Source: Octopus sinensis (lineage: Eukaryota). From it: DNA of 63,112 nucleotides. Below, in pieces: positions 28,152-39,965 of this stretch (position 1 is its first letter; each line of letters starts with the position of its first letter). Position numbers and translations under genes: made by a program. The notes beneath the pieces are model-generated. The model was not told where the DNA came from. It did no database searches and saw only the letters and a program-made list of their open reading frames with translations. The stretch spans positions 1-63,112 of the forward strand of contig NW_021832234.1 in assembly GCF_006345805.1 (NCBI RefSeq), given 5' to 3'.

Positions 28152-28748
28152 GAGGCAGCGAGCTGACAGAAACGATAGCACGCCGGGCGAAATGCGCAGC
28201 CGTATTTCGCCTGCCGTTACGTTCTGAGTTCAAATTCCGCCGAGGTCGACTTTGCCTTTCATCCTTTCGGGGTCGATAAATTAAGTACCAGTTACGCACT
28301 GGGGTCGATGTAATCGACTTAATCCGTTTGTCTGTCCTTGTTTGTCCCCTCTGTGCTTAGCCCCTGGTGGGTAGTAGAGAAATAGGTATTTCGTCTGCTG
28401 CTACGTTCTGAGTTCAAATTCCGCCGAGGTCGACTTTGCCTTTCATCCTTTCGGGGTCGATGAAATAAGTACAAGTTACGCAGTGGGGTCGATATAATCG
28501 ACTTAATATGTTTGTTTGTCCTCTCTGTGTTTAGCCCCTTGTGGTAGTAAAGAAATAGAAATAGGTATTTCGTCTGCCGTTACATTCTGAGTTCAAATTC
28601 CGCCGAGGTCGACTTTGCCTTTCATCCTTTCGTGGTCGTTTAAATAAGTACCAGTTACGCACTGGGGTTGATATAATCGACTTAATATGTTTGTCTGTCC
28701 TTGTTTGTCCTCTCTGTGTTTAGCCCCTTGTGGGTAGTAAAGAAATAG
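28152..28748 (+). mobile_element. SINE family 1 trimer with probable TSD GGTAAGTTTT
   Basis: Units start at 28152, 28386 and 28565; GGTAAGTTTT at 28142-28151 and 28748-28757. Confidence 0.85.
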
Positions 28749-29991
28749 GTAAGTTTTCTCCATTGCAGACATCAAACTGTTTGCTTTAGGATTCAAGTTT
28801 CGGTCAGTGATTAATAGATAGGCTGTGAAACAAATCAATTTGAAGAAAAGCAATGATATAGATTAGTTAAACATCAGGCTTTCTGCTCTAAAAATTGTGG
28901 GAAATCAGTTATTTAAAAAGAAAAATCTACTCACTAAATCTATCCCTTATCTATATTAGCTTCACTTATTTAAATCACCCACAATGTATATGTGCATGTG
29001 TGTGTGTGTGTGAAACGTGTATACAACATACATATAGATACATATATATATATAGATACATATATATATATATATATTTATATATATATGCTCATATATA
29101 CACACACGTGCATATATATATATGTATGTGTATATATATACATAAACATATCCATATAAGTATATATATATGTGGGTGTGTATGTATATACTTATATGCA
29201 TATTTATGCATATGTATGTTTGTAACTGTGTGTGTCAATGTGTGACAATAAATAGATAGGAGATATTAAAAAAACATATTCAAAAATATATAACCATTAA
29301 TAACAAGGTAAAAAGATATTAATTTTTTCAAAACACAATCCGTTAGTGTCTGTCTAAACAAAGTAAATTTGAAATACTGAAAAAAAAAAGGAATAATGAA
29401 AACAGTAAATAAATAGATAAATAAATAAATAAATAAATAAATAAACAATAAACAATAAATAAATAGATAAATAAATAAATAAACAAATAAAGAGATAAAT
29501 GAATAAATAAAAACGTCTCTCCAGTAAATGATGCTGACAACAATCTAGAAATGTGGGTTTAACTTTGACATCAAGTGTTAGGAATTCCCTGAAGTAAAAC
29601 ATACGTCGCATAACATATAATCGTGAAATTGATCTGATATGTATATAATACAAAGTCCTAATTGAAAATATACATATTGACATAAACGTAAATGTGTAAG
29701 TGTTCGCAGATATACATACACATAAGCAACTTCACATGCAACTTCATACATGTGTGCACACATATGTGCAGTGACCGAAAACAAAAACTCTAATTGGAAA
29801 TTTATGATTATATATACCAACGATCTCCCATACATATATGTACATAATTGATTACATATGATTACATATATATGTATATGTAGATATGCATACATGCGTA
29901 CACATATATACATTTATATTTATATGCATAATATATATATATATATATAAACACGCAGACAGACATATATAGATATATGCTTATATACATG

Positions 29992-30070
<79 letters not shown>

Positions 30071-30099
30071 TTATATACATATATATATATATATGCGTT

Positions 30100-30325
30100 T
30101 CGCATTGTTTTAGCCTTCAAATGACGCCACCCCGCTGGCTAAGCGAGCAGGCCAACAGAAGAAAGAGTGAGAGAAGGTTGTGGCGAAAGAGTACAGCAGG
30201 GATCGCCACCACCCCCTGCCGGAGCGTCGTGGAGCTTTAGGTGTTTTCGCTCAATAAACACTCACAACCACGATCCTACGTCCGCGAGTCTGCTGCCCTA
30301 ACCACTGTGCCATTGCGTCTCCACA
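30100..30325 (-). mobile_element. SINE family 4 (tRNA-like head), partial
   Basis: GAATGACGCCACCCCGCTGGCTAAGCGAGCAGGCCAAC block shared with copies at 59594 and 62549. Confidence 0.8.
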
Positions 30326-30326
30326 A

Positions 30327-30374
<48 letters not shown>

Positions 30375-30515
30375 AGAAAATAGTAAAGTGTGAAAAACGA
30401 CAGAAGGCTTAAATGTTAAAAAATATATATATTTGTGTCAAAATGTCTGGAGAATATTGGAAAAATTTTTTTTTTTTTCCCTTTTCCTTAAAATGACATA
30501 ATTTTAAAATTTTTA

Positions 30516-30555
30516 AAGAAATTACCGGTTTCGCGTGTAGCTTTTCAAATTTCTT
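30516..30555 (-). ncRNA. Minimal type I hammerhead ribozyme motif (U3:A8 core, palindromic helix III)
   Basis: Minus strand AAGAAAU-UUGAAAA-GC(UACAC)GC-GAAA-CCGG-UA^-AUUUCUU: perfect 7-bp helix I, 2-bp helix II, GUA cleavage triplet. Activity is inferred, not shown. Confidence 0.7.
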
Positions 30556-30691
30556 GTAACGTTATGTTTATATTGCATGGAATTATCGTTGTTTTTATTT
30601 CCAGGAGATTTCTAAATAAGGGGAGGTAGTGAGTGATTTTTTCCGGTGTAGGGGAGATAATCGCTTAAAAATTTTTTTTCCCTTTTCCTTA

Positions 30692-31205
30692 TTAATTTCT
30701 CTGTGTCAGTATGTTCGGATGGTTGAGTCTGGGTTTGTACTTTTCAATGAAGAATGTTTCCTTGTTCAGTCTCATTTGTGTTGATGATCCGAAAGCACAT
30801 TGGTAAAATGGGAAGATTAAAAATTGTGGCAGTAGTTGCTTTGCGCATTTCTCAATGTGCTCACTAAAAGGTATCATTCTATATTCTGGGAATGCAATCT
30901 GTTGTCGATGCAGTGTGCATCTGCGCCTGAGTGATAGTCCCGTGGAACCCACGTAGTCTTGGTGGCAGCCCGAGCATTTAATAACATAAATTATGTTTTC
31001 AGAGGCACAAGTAAAGTTAGATTTGATCTTAAATTTCTGTCCCTCTTTAAAGAAGAATTCTGATCCTTCCAATAGGTTAGGACATGTTGCACAGTTCGAT
31101 CTACCACATTTTTTTACTTTTGCATCCGTAATTTTAGAAGACAATTTTGCCTTTGTGAGAATCTTTTTAAGTGATTTAGGCTGTTTGTAGCTTTTAATGA
31201 TTTGG
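30692..31205 (-). pseudogene. Open but 5'-truncated PLE ORF end encoding a GIY-YIG endonuclease
   Basis: KQPKSLKKILTKAK, CGRSNCATC, NIIYVIKCSGCHQDYVGSTGLSLRRRCTLH, HIEKC, ETFFIEKYKPRLN: the PLE GIY-YIG with its Zn-binding residues. The GTG start in the ORF track comes from the inverted arm, not from the element ORF. Confidence 0.9.
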
Positions 31206-31585
31206 TACACGCGAAACCGGTAATTTCTTTAAAAATTTTAAAATTATGTCATTTTAAGGAAAGGAAAAAAAAAAAAAAAATTTTTCCAATATTCTCCAGA
31301 CATTTTGACACAAATATATATATTTTTTAACATTTAAGCCTTCTGTCGTTTTTTCACACTTTACTATTTTCTTATATATTCACCCACGTGCTTTACCAAA
31401 CAAACTTTCTTATCTATATATATATGTATATATATATATAATAGAAATATTAAAATTACTAAGTCTCTCTAAAGGAGATTACGGCAGCGTTACTGGAAAT
31501 TAATAGTTATCGCCATACTAATATGGCTGTCTTATAAATATAACACTAAAGCTGTCGCTGGTTAGCTCCATGAGGCCACCGCCTC

Positions 31586-31877
31586 AAGCTAGCTATTTGA
31601 CACACGAACCTGCGTCCATTAAAAACCTTCGAACAAGGGAGGTCAGACGCTTCATCCTGCCAGTCAGACAGCTACAGACGACGTTTCTATTTCTATTATT
31701 TCTATTAGAACTGGGACGATCAGTAGCGACACCTGCAAGTCTGACTACGCTGCATTGATAAGGGGCAACAACCCTGAAACGTCGTCTGTAGTTGTCTGAC
31801 TGGCAGGATGAAGCGGCTGACCTCCCTTGTTCGAAAGTTTTTAATGGACGCAGGTTCGTGTGTCAAATAGCTAGCTT
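31586..31877 (+). mobile_element. PLE-type terminus of a different family: 102-bp inverted arms around an 88-bp spacer
   Basis: 31586-31687 is the reverse complement of 31776-31877 with 3 mismatches; right arm abuts (TA)n; contains a hammerhead motif. No ORF, so the PLE assignment is by architecture. Confidence 0.65.
31750..31791 (+). ncRNA. Minimal type I hammerhead ribozyme motif (U3:A8 core)
   Basis: CUGCA-UUGAUAA-GGGG(CAACAA)CCCU-GAAA-C(GUC)GUC^-UGUAG: 5-bp helix I with one G-U, 4-bp helix II, GUC triplet. Confidence 0.65.
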
Positions 31878-32230
31878 ATATATACATATATATATGTGTG
31901 TGTATGTAAGTATGGTCAAGTGTGCATACTTATATAAATACATGCACATACAAATATATTTAGATGAGTGTACCGTTGTATGTATAAAAGTGAGTAGTAG
32001 TGAATAGTTGTAGAATGTACTCAAAACATGCAGGCGATTATTAATAAAGGCTATTGCTGTACAAACATTTCCGGCAGCCATTTGAATCCATAGATCCAGA
32101 AAGAACCTTACATCCTAGATTCAACACCACCATCCTTGTCTTCCTAAGTAAGGAAAGATAAAAAGATTTTTCTGTCTTGTGACTCCAAATGGCAAACGAA
32201 GTGCAAACCACTGAGTGACAGCTTATTACT

Positions 32231-32873
32231 TTAATCCTTCGTAGGCCCGTGGGGGACCCTTGGGACCCCAGCAAATTTTAAAATTTATGAAACTTTTACA
32301 TTTTTTCCTTAAATGATTTTACATCTCCTTACTTTTATTGTCAATAGTTTATGTAAGCACATACAAATTTTGAGTTTAAAATTTCCAGTCATATGGATGT
32401 TTATAACATAAAATGTGGTCATTGAAGTCCAACTGGACCCCATTGGCCTTCTGTGAAATTATTTTTTCTGTGTGTGTGTGTGTGTTTTCAGATATTCTGA
32501 TGAACTATAAGTCAATTTTCTTCGTATTTGTACTGGTATAAATCGATATACTAAATAATTTTATTTTATTTTATACTTAGTGCTATATGTATATTTTATA
32601 AAACTATAAAAAATGTTGATTTCTTTCAATAAAAGTTTTTTTTCAGTCAATAAATTATATTTTAATTCCCCGCCATTAAACAGTAATAGTTATAAACTTA
32701 TACTTATAAAGTGTTAAATTTCTTGTTCTGTGTCATGTACTCACACATATATACAAGATTAAACAAATATTACTTTATAGATAGCGCAGAAGTGCGCAAA
32801 AATGAAAGTGGGTATCTCGGAACCCTAATAGCCTTTTGTGTAATTCCAACCTCGGCGGCCCACGAAAGGTTAA
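32231..32873. mobile_element. piggyBac-like non-autonomous element
   Basis: TTAA at both ends; termini TCCTTCGTAGGCCC and (revcomp) CCTTTCGTGGGCCG match 10/14. Confidence 0.45.
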
Positions 32874-33139
32874 GATATCTTCAATTTTTTTATGTACCAT
32901 TTAAAACGTTTTAAGAACTGCGAACATTCCATCTTTCATAAAATAATTGGCATGGGTGGAGAATTTGGTGTAGCAGAATGGACATGTTCTGAATATACAG
33001 CTGTAGGTAAGAACCTCAAATCGAAGTGGGTAACTGAATTTTGTAATTTCAGTAGATCAAGGTACCTAGGTCATATTGCTTCTCGCTTCTAAGTTCACTC
33101 AGTGTAAAAGTCCTATTGTTTTGATGTGCATAATTATAA

Positions 33140-33512
33140 TATCCTTTCTACTATAGGTACAAGGCCAGAAATTTATGGGGAGTGAACTAGTCAATGACAT
33201 CGACCCGTGTTTCACTGGTACTTATTTTATGGACCCCGAAAGGGTGAAAGGCAAAGTCCACCTCAGCGGAATCTGAACTCAGAACGCAGCGGCAGACGAA
33301 ATACCTATTTCTTTACTACCCACAAGGGGCTAAACACAGAGAGGACAAACAAGGACAGACAGACGGATTAAGTCGATTATATCGACCACAGTGCGTAACT
33401 GGTACTTAATTTATCGACCCCGAAAGGATGAAAGGCAAAATCGACCTCGGCGGAATTTGAACTCAGAACGTAACGGCAAACGAAATACGGCTACACATTT
33501 CACCCGGCGTAC
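33140..33512 (-). mobile_element. SINE family 1 dimer (tail B then tail A)
   Basis: Junction GGCAGACGAAATACCTATTTCTTTACTACC at ~33290-33320. Confidence 0.85.
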
Positions 33513-33721
33513 TAAATTCATAATTGTAAATATTGTATTATTAATCGATTATGCTGATGTTGTTTCTCCACCTCATAATTATTTCAGATCAGATTGTTCA
33601 AGCATTTAATGCATTAAGTATGTTAATATTAGCACAACACTGCGTATTTTAAATGACCACACCGATCTTTCCTGATACAATTTATATACACGTGAGTGTG
33701 TGTACCTGTATATATATATAA

Positions 33722-33833
<112 letters not shown>

Positions 33834-34484
33834 AAGAGAGAGAGAGAGAGAGAGACAAAGAGAGAGAGAGAGACGAGAGAGAGAGACAAAGAGAGAGAGA
33901 GAGACAAAGAGAGAGAGAGAGAGACAAAGAGAGAGAGAGGGGGGTATACATATACACACACATAAATATGGATATATATAGACACATATATATATATGCA
34001 TAATATATGTCCATGCATATGTATGCATAGCTATCAATCTCTCCATCTCTCCATTTATATATATGTGTGTGTGTGTGTGTGTGTGCGTGTGTGTGTATAC
34101 ATGTATATATAAAATTACGTGTGTGTGTGTGAGGCTATATATCAACACACTCATACACAGCAAACAAGAGAAACTTGAGGAAAGAGGAGGAGATGGAGAC
34201 AAAAAAAAAAAAGGAGAGTGAGTATGTTTTTGTGCAAGAATGGAGGATCAGGTGTGTTACGTCAAAATGTGAAGGCACCAGAATCCAGCAATCGACAGCA
34301 CCTGAGAAATACAATTCATATTTTTCCTGCTTCCGTTGGATTTATCTTATTTTATGTTTCGTATTTTATAGAGGAGGAATCATCATTGTTTTGGCTTTGT
34401 TTTGTTCACGACCTTTTTGGCTTTGCTGCTTTGGAAACACATAAGCACACTCACACACATCATACGTATATACATACAAGTATA

Positions 34485-34522
34485 TGTGTGTATGTATGCA
34501 TGTATATATGTATGTTTGCATG

Positions 34523-34556
<34 letters not shown>

Positions 34557-34578
34557 TGTATGTATGTATGTATGCATG

Positions 34579-34612
<34 letters not shown>

Positions 34613-34878
34613 TGTATTTATGTATGTATGTATGTATGTACGTATTTACGTATGTATGTATGTATGTATGTATTTATGTCTGTATGTATGTATTTATGTA
34701 TGTATGTATTATGTATGTATGTATGTATTTATGTATGTATGTATGTTATGTATGTATGTATGTATGTATGTATGTATGTATGTATTTATGTATTATGTAT
34801 GTATGTATTTATGTATGTATGTATTTATGTATGTATGTATGTATGTATGTATGTATGTATGTATGTATGTACGTATGC

Positions 34879-34910
<32 letters not shown>
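34485..34910. repeat. Long (TATG)n tract followed by (GA)n
   Basis: Direct inspection; explains the CMYV-type ORFs. Confidence 0.95.
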
Positions 34911-34915
<5 letters not shown>

Positions 34916-35784
34916 GAGCTCAAACAATTATAAACGTATCAAAGTCATTTTATGTTAGGTTTTTGTTACTTAAGTTTTAGAGACTTCTCGTATTTTTGTT
35001 TTAACTTTTCAATGCTGTATTATTGCTTATACTACTTTTCAACGTCTTTGCTTCCTACTCTCATTTTCTTCTTCCTGTACCATTTGTTTTCTTCTATAAT
35101 TAATCTTTCATTCTCAGATACTTTTCTTTCATTTTTCTTCTTTTTTTTACATCTATTTACCAGTTTTTTAATTTGTCTTTATTCTTCATTTCATTCTTAA
35201 ATTTCATGTCCTTTCATAGTATATTCCCTTCATTCGCCAATACTTTATATCTTTCAATGAAGCTGCAATTTCTTGGAATAATGCTTCCATTTTATATCCA
35301 TCGTCATCATCATCATCATCATCATTCTTCTTCTTACGTCTTCTTTTCTTCTTTTCCTTCTTCCTCGTCTTCTTTTCTTCTTTTCCTTCTTCCACTTCTT
35401 ATTGCTTCTCCTTCTTTTCTTGTTCTCTCCTTCTTCCTTATCTTCTTTTCTTTCTTTTTTTCTCTTCTCCTTTTCTTCTTTATTTTCTTACCCCACCTTG
35501 TCTTCTCCTCCATCTTCCTTTCTTTTTTCTCCACATCCTCCTCCCTTTCTTCTCTTCTTTCATCTTTCCTCTTCTTTTCTTCTTTCTCATCTACTTTCTA
35601 CTTTCTCCTTTCCTTTTGGTATTTGTTATAGTTTAATCGGGCGGAGGGGCAGCTCCAATAACTTCTTACAAGATCTCCAAACAGATGGAAATGAGGGAAT
35701 GAAGAATGCTCAAACCAGAGACTTAGTCCATAGAGAGTAAGAATAACTCTATCAATGTAAAAGAGCAAAGGATAAAGACCCCTT

Positions 35785-36108
35785 TCGATCATAAATGACC
35801 ATGAGATTGGACCTAGAAAGTTCCCCGCCAGGGCACAAGTCCGGACAAAGTTGTTTATGAAAGACCAGCAGTCAACTATGCATACCAGCCTCTGCTCTCC
35901 ACACCACCGATGTTATCCAAAGGAAAGGCAATGGCCGATACAGCTTGGCACCAGTGACTTCACAACTCTTTCTACAGCTGAGTGAACTGGAGAAACGTCA
36001 AGTAAAGTGTTTTGCTGAATAACACAACATGTAGCTTGGTCCGGGAATCGAACTCACTACCTCATGATTGTGAGCCCAACGCTCGAGCCACTGAGCCATG
36101 CGCCTTCA
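35785..36108 (-). mobile_element. SINE family 3-related copy
   Basis: Revcomp head GAAGGCGCATGGCTCAGTGGCTCGAGCG...GAGTTCGATTCCCGGACC, similar to the copy at 62887. Confidence 0.7.
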
Positions 36109-36262
36109 CGTATCAATCTATAAGAGAGAGAGAAAAATTGAGGAAAACAAAAATTAGAAGAGTGCCAGATTAAGTCTACCAGCATAGCTGGCCACAGCAG
36201 GATTTGAACGCAGAACACTGCAATACACCTCAACCAATGCTCTAATGGTTCTGCCTAATGGT

Positions 36263-36480
36263 TGGTTGAGCTGGCAGACACGTTAGCGCGCCGGGCGAAA
36301 TGCTTAGCGGTATTTCGCCAGTCGGTACGTTCTGAGTTCAAATTCCACCGAGGTCAACTTTGCCTTTCATCCTTTCGAGGTCGATAAATAAAGTACCAGT
36401 TTCGCACTGGGGGCGATATAATCGACTCAATCCCTTCGTCTGTCCCCTCTATGTTTAGCCCCTTCTGGGCAGTAAAGAAA
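36263..36480 (+). mobile_element. SINE family 1, tail B
   Basis: GAGCTGGCAGACACGTTAGCGCGCCGGGCG head, core, and tail TTTAGCCCCTTCTGGGCAGTAAAGAAAT. Confidence 0.85.
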
Positions 36481-37224
36481 TATATATATTTATGGACGTA
36501 AGTAACAAACACAGTTCCTTTTAATTACTAGCTTTGTTCCTTGAACTGGAAGCAATTAATAAATTGCAGTAGATTAGCAGAATTGTTTGGTCCTAACAAA
36601 ACTGCTTTGTTGTATTTTTCGCTTTTTACATTTTAAATTCAAATACCACGGAGTTTGACTTCGCTTTTAATTCCTATTAAGTACTGAGGTCTATGTAACT
36701 GACTGTTATGGGAGACTCCTGAACAGCCCCACGTGACTGAAAGTGGACTAACCGGGCGAACTATCAAACGACTGTGTTGGTTACCATGTTAGTTCGACGG
36801 GTGTTGGTTGAACAGTCAACACTAAGTATCGTACTTACGTTCGAGTAGTATGGAATGCATTCGGTGTTAATATATGCTTCTGTTATTTTTAGATAACACA
36901 ACTATTTTTTTTTATTTTTTTATTTTTTTGTGTAATACCATTTTACACCAGACGTGTATACTCACGTCATAACATTGACTAATCCTCTTTAAGATTGCTT
37001 GCCTTGTATCTAAATGGAAAAACCAATATTCTTCCTGTCTAAGAACATGCAGAATTGCTACAAAATCAGGCAAAGATACATTGAGCTACATTCTCAGTTC
37101 ACATTCAGCCAAGATCGACTTTACCTTTTGTTCCAGGGTTGATGTTATTGATTAACCCATCTCCCTAAGATTGTTGTATGTACCTGAATGGAAGACCAAT
37201 ATTCTGCCCTTCTAATGATTAGCA

Positions 37225-37613
37225 CCATGATTCTCAACTGGGGTCGATATGGTCCCTAGGGGGAGGGGTCCATGTAAGATTTTTGGGAGCCCATATGGCC
37301 CATGAGGATCCATATAAGATTATTGGGGATCCCCGCAACAAAATAGTAAATTGAGGATCTACAGTGGTATTTCAAGAGCCCCTGAAAAAATTTTGCTTTA
37401 GGTGTATGGATTGCAAGAAACAGCTAGGCTTCTTTGCCTAACGTTTTATACAGTTCAACCTAGACATGGTAATGTGAGTAAAACAAAATAGGAATTTTAA
37501 AAGAAGTTCCTATAAAACTAATTTTTAAACATCAAATGACCAAGGGTGTCCACCAGAATAAAGTAGTAATGAAAGGGTTCCAGAGATAAAAAAAAAATGG
37601 TTGAGAACCCATG
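37225..37613. mobile_element. hAT-like MITE inserted at a SINE head
   Basis: TIRs CCATGATTCTCAAC / GTTGAGAACCCATG; 8-bp flanks GATTAGCA / AATTAGCA (7/8); a SINE continues at 37614-37830. Confidence 0.6.
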
Positions 37614-39711
37614 AATTAGCAGAATCGTTACATTATCAGGCAAAAATGCTTTCTCTTATTTGTTTCAGCTTTTTACATTCTGAGTCCAAAATCCCACTGA
37701 AATCAACTTTACATTTCATCCTTCTGCATTCAATGAAGTAAGTACCAGTCAAATTCTTAGGTCGTTATAATTCACTGTTTCCTCCTCCTTCATAACGTTC
37801 TGGTCTTGGGCTTAATTTAGTAACAATTAATGTTCTCTTCTTTCTTCATTAATTTCAATAAAGTCATTCCTTTCTCATTATTTCTAACTTTCTTCCATAT
37901 CTTGCTTTTTATTCTTCATATCTTCCAGTCTATTACATATCATTCACTTTTTTTCTTCATCGCTTATATTTTCATCTATCTTTCTACATTTCCTCTCATT
38001 CTGCTTTTTCACCTCTTTTTATTTCACTTATTTTTCACTCCATTTTTTTTTACTTATTTTAGTGAGGTTTTTTGCTTTGTTTTCTTCATTTTCATCCTCC
38101 CTATCTCTTTCCCTCTCCTTTAGTTTTGTATTCATTAATCTTTTTTTCAATTGTTCGCTGACAGAAATATATGTATATACATGTACATGCATGTATAATT
38201 ATATGTATATATCTATACGTATGTGTGTGTGTATACATATATATATATATATATGCACACATATATACACACTCACACATCTATATACACATACATACAC
38301 TTATGTATAGATCTATATACAATATATATTTATCTATATGTGTGTATGTATACAGACATATATTTATATATATGCATACACACATATATAGATACACTTA
38401 TATTCATACATAAACATCTATATACTTACATGGATTCCAAGATATTCTATTTCTTTTCTTTCACTGGGGATAGTTGTCTGGCTAATTACTCCTTTTCACA
38501 AGACAGGTGACCACCCAGACACATACACACACATATTCACAAAAATACATCTGCACACATACTCAAACGTGCACAAACAAAACACAAAGACACTTGCACA
38601 TTTATACAGACACACAATAATGCACTCACGCATACACACACAGATACCGTATATATTCACATATACACTTGCCCTCACACAAACACATACGCATGAAAAC
38701 ACTTCCAAACATAGCAATACACTTAAATGCATGCATACACAACATGACCAACATAAGCACACACAAATTTCCACATACACTCTTATACACACACACACAC
38801 ACACACACGCGCACACAGATCAGGTGGCAATTACTTCTTAGCTTGAATATTTTTTGTTTTAACATCAATTAAACTTTTTTACCCTGTATTTTTTATGTGT
38901 GTATATATATATGCATGTATGTATGTATGTATGTATGTATGTGTATCAGTTTGAACTCACATATGTGTATATATGTGTGTTTATGTATCAAATTAAGCGT
39001 GTTTGCATATGTACGATTTTTTCTGTGGTTATGTTTATGTATGAGTGTATGTGAGTAAATGCTAGTGTGTGTGTGCGTGTGAGTGTGTGTGTGTGTGTGA
39101 GTGGGATACAGTAGATCTATGTATGAGTGTATGTATCTACAAATATGTGGATGAGTAAGCATGTGTTTGAATGTACGCGTTTCCTTTCACTTCAAGCTTC
39201 TACTTGCCATTTGTCTTACAACCCAACATCACTAACACAAAAGCCAATACATAGGCACTTGCCATGCTAGAAATAGTAGCAAAATATCCCTAACAGAAAA
39301 ATCACACTTACTAAAAGGAGAGGACACACTGCATAATGTAGTCCAAAAGTAAGAAACATGATGGATGAAGTAAACATGATTGGAGGCACTTTCATTAAAG
39401 ATTTATCTAATCAGGTGTGATCTGGGAATTAACTACAACAACAATACCAGCAACAAACTTTTAAATAATTTATTCCTTTATTCTTTCATTCTTTCACTTG
39501 TTTCAGTCATTTGACTGCAGCCATGCTGGAGCACTGATTCCTGGATCAGGCAACGCGTGTGTTCTTGAGCAAAACACTTCATTTCACATTGCTGGTAAAA
39601 ATAAGTAATCCTGTCTATGTGTGGAATGTATATGCCATAGAAACTGAGAAACTGGCTTTTATGAGTTGGTATGGCTCAAGAAGGTAACTCTTATTTACTA
39701 CGTACAACATT

Positions 39712-39965
39712 GTGGAGGCACGTGGCTTAGTGGTTAGGGTGTCAGTATCATGATCGTAAGATTGTGGTTTCGATTCCTGGACTGGGTGACGCGTTGTGTT
39801 CTTGAGCAAAACACTTTATTTCACATTGCTCCAGTCCACTCAGCAGGCAAAAATGAGTAACGCTGCAATGGACTGGTGTCTCGTTTAGCTGGGGAACACA
39901 TATGCCATAGACACCGGAAAACCAGGCCCATGAGCCTGGCTAGGCTTTAAAAGGGTGCATTTATT
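39712..39965 (+). mobile_element. SINE family 3, preceded by a partial copy (~39540-39690)
   Basis: GGAGGCACGTGGCTTAGTGGTTAGGG head; closely similar to 25750-25990. Confidence 0.8.

Larger units (their letters stand above)
30368..31412 (-). mobile_element. 5'-truncated Penelope-like element with inverted pseudo-LTR copy, flanked by (TA)n
   Basis: GIY-YIG ORF plus 3' UTR on the minus strand; 30368-30539 is the near-perfect reverse complement of 31206-31379. Confidence 0.9.

Noticed and set aside
32711-33092. Two overlapping ORFs joinable by one T deletion, with a kinase G-loop-like KIIGMGGEFGV
   Set aside because: The first half lies in the piggyBac-like element end, motif spacing is wrong, and no other kinase subdomain follows.
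34238-34480. Possible spliced type II membrane N-terminus (MEDQ-RRNHHCFGFVLFTTFLALLLWKH)
   Set aside because: The alternative frame is equally hydrophobic and the segment runs into a microsatellite without a clear donor.
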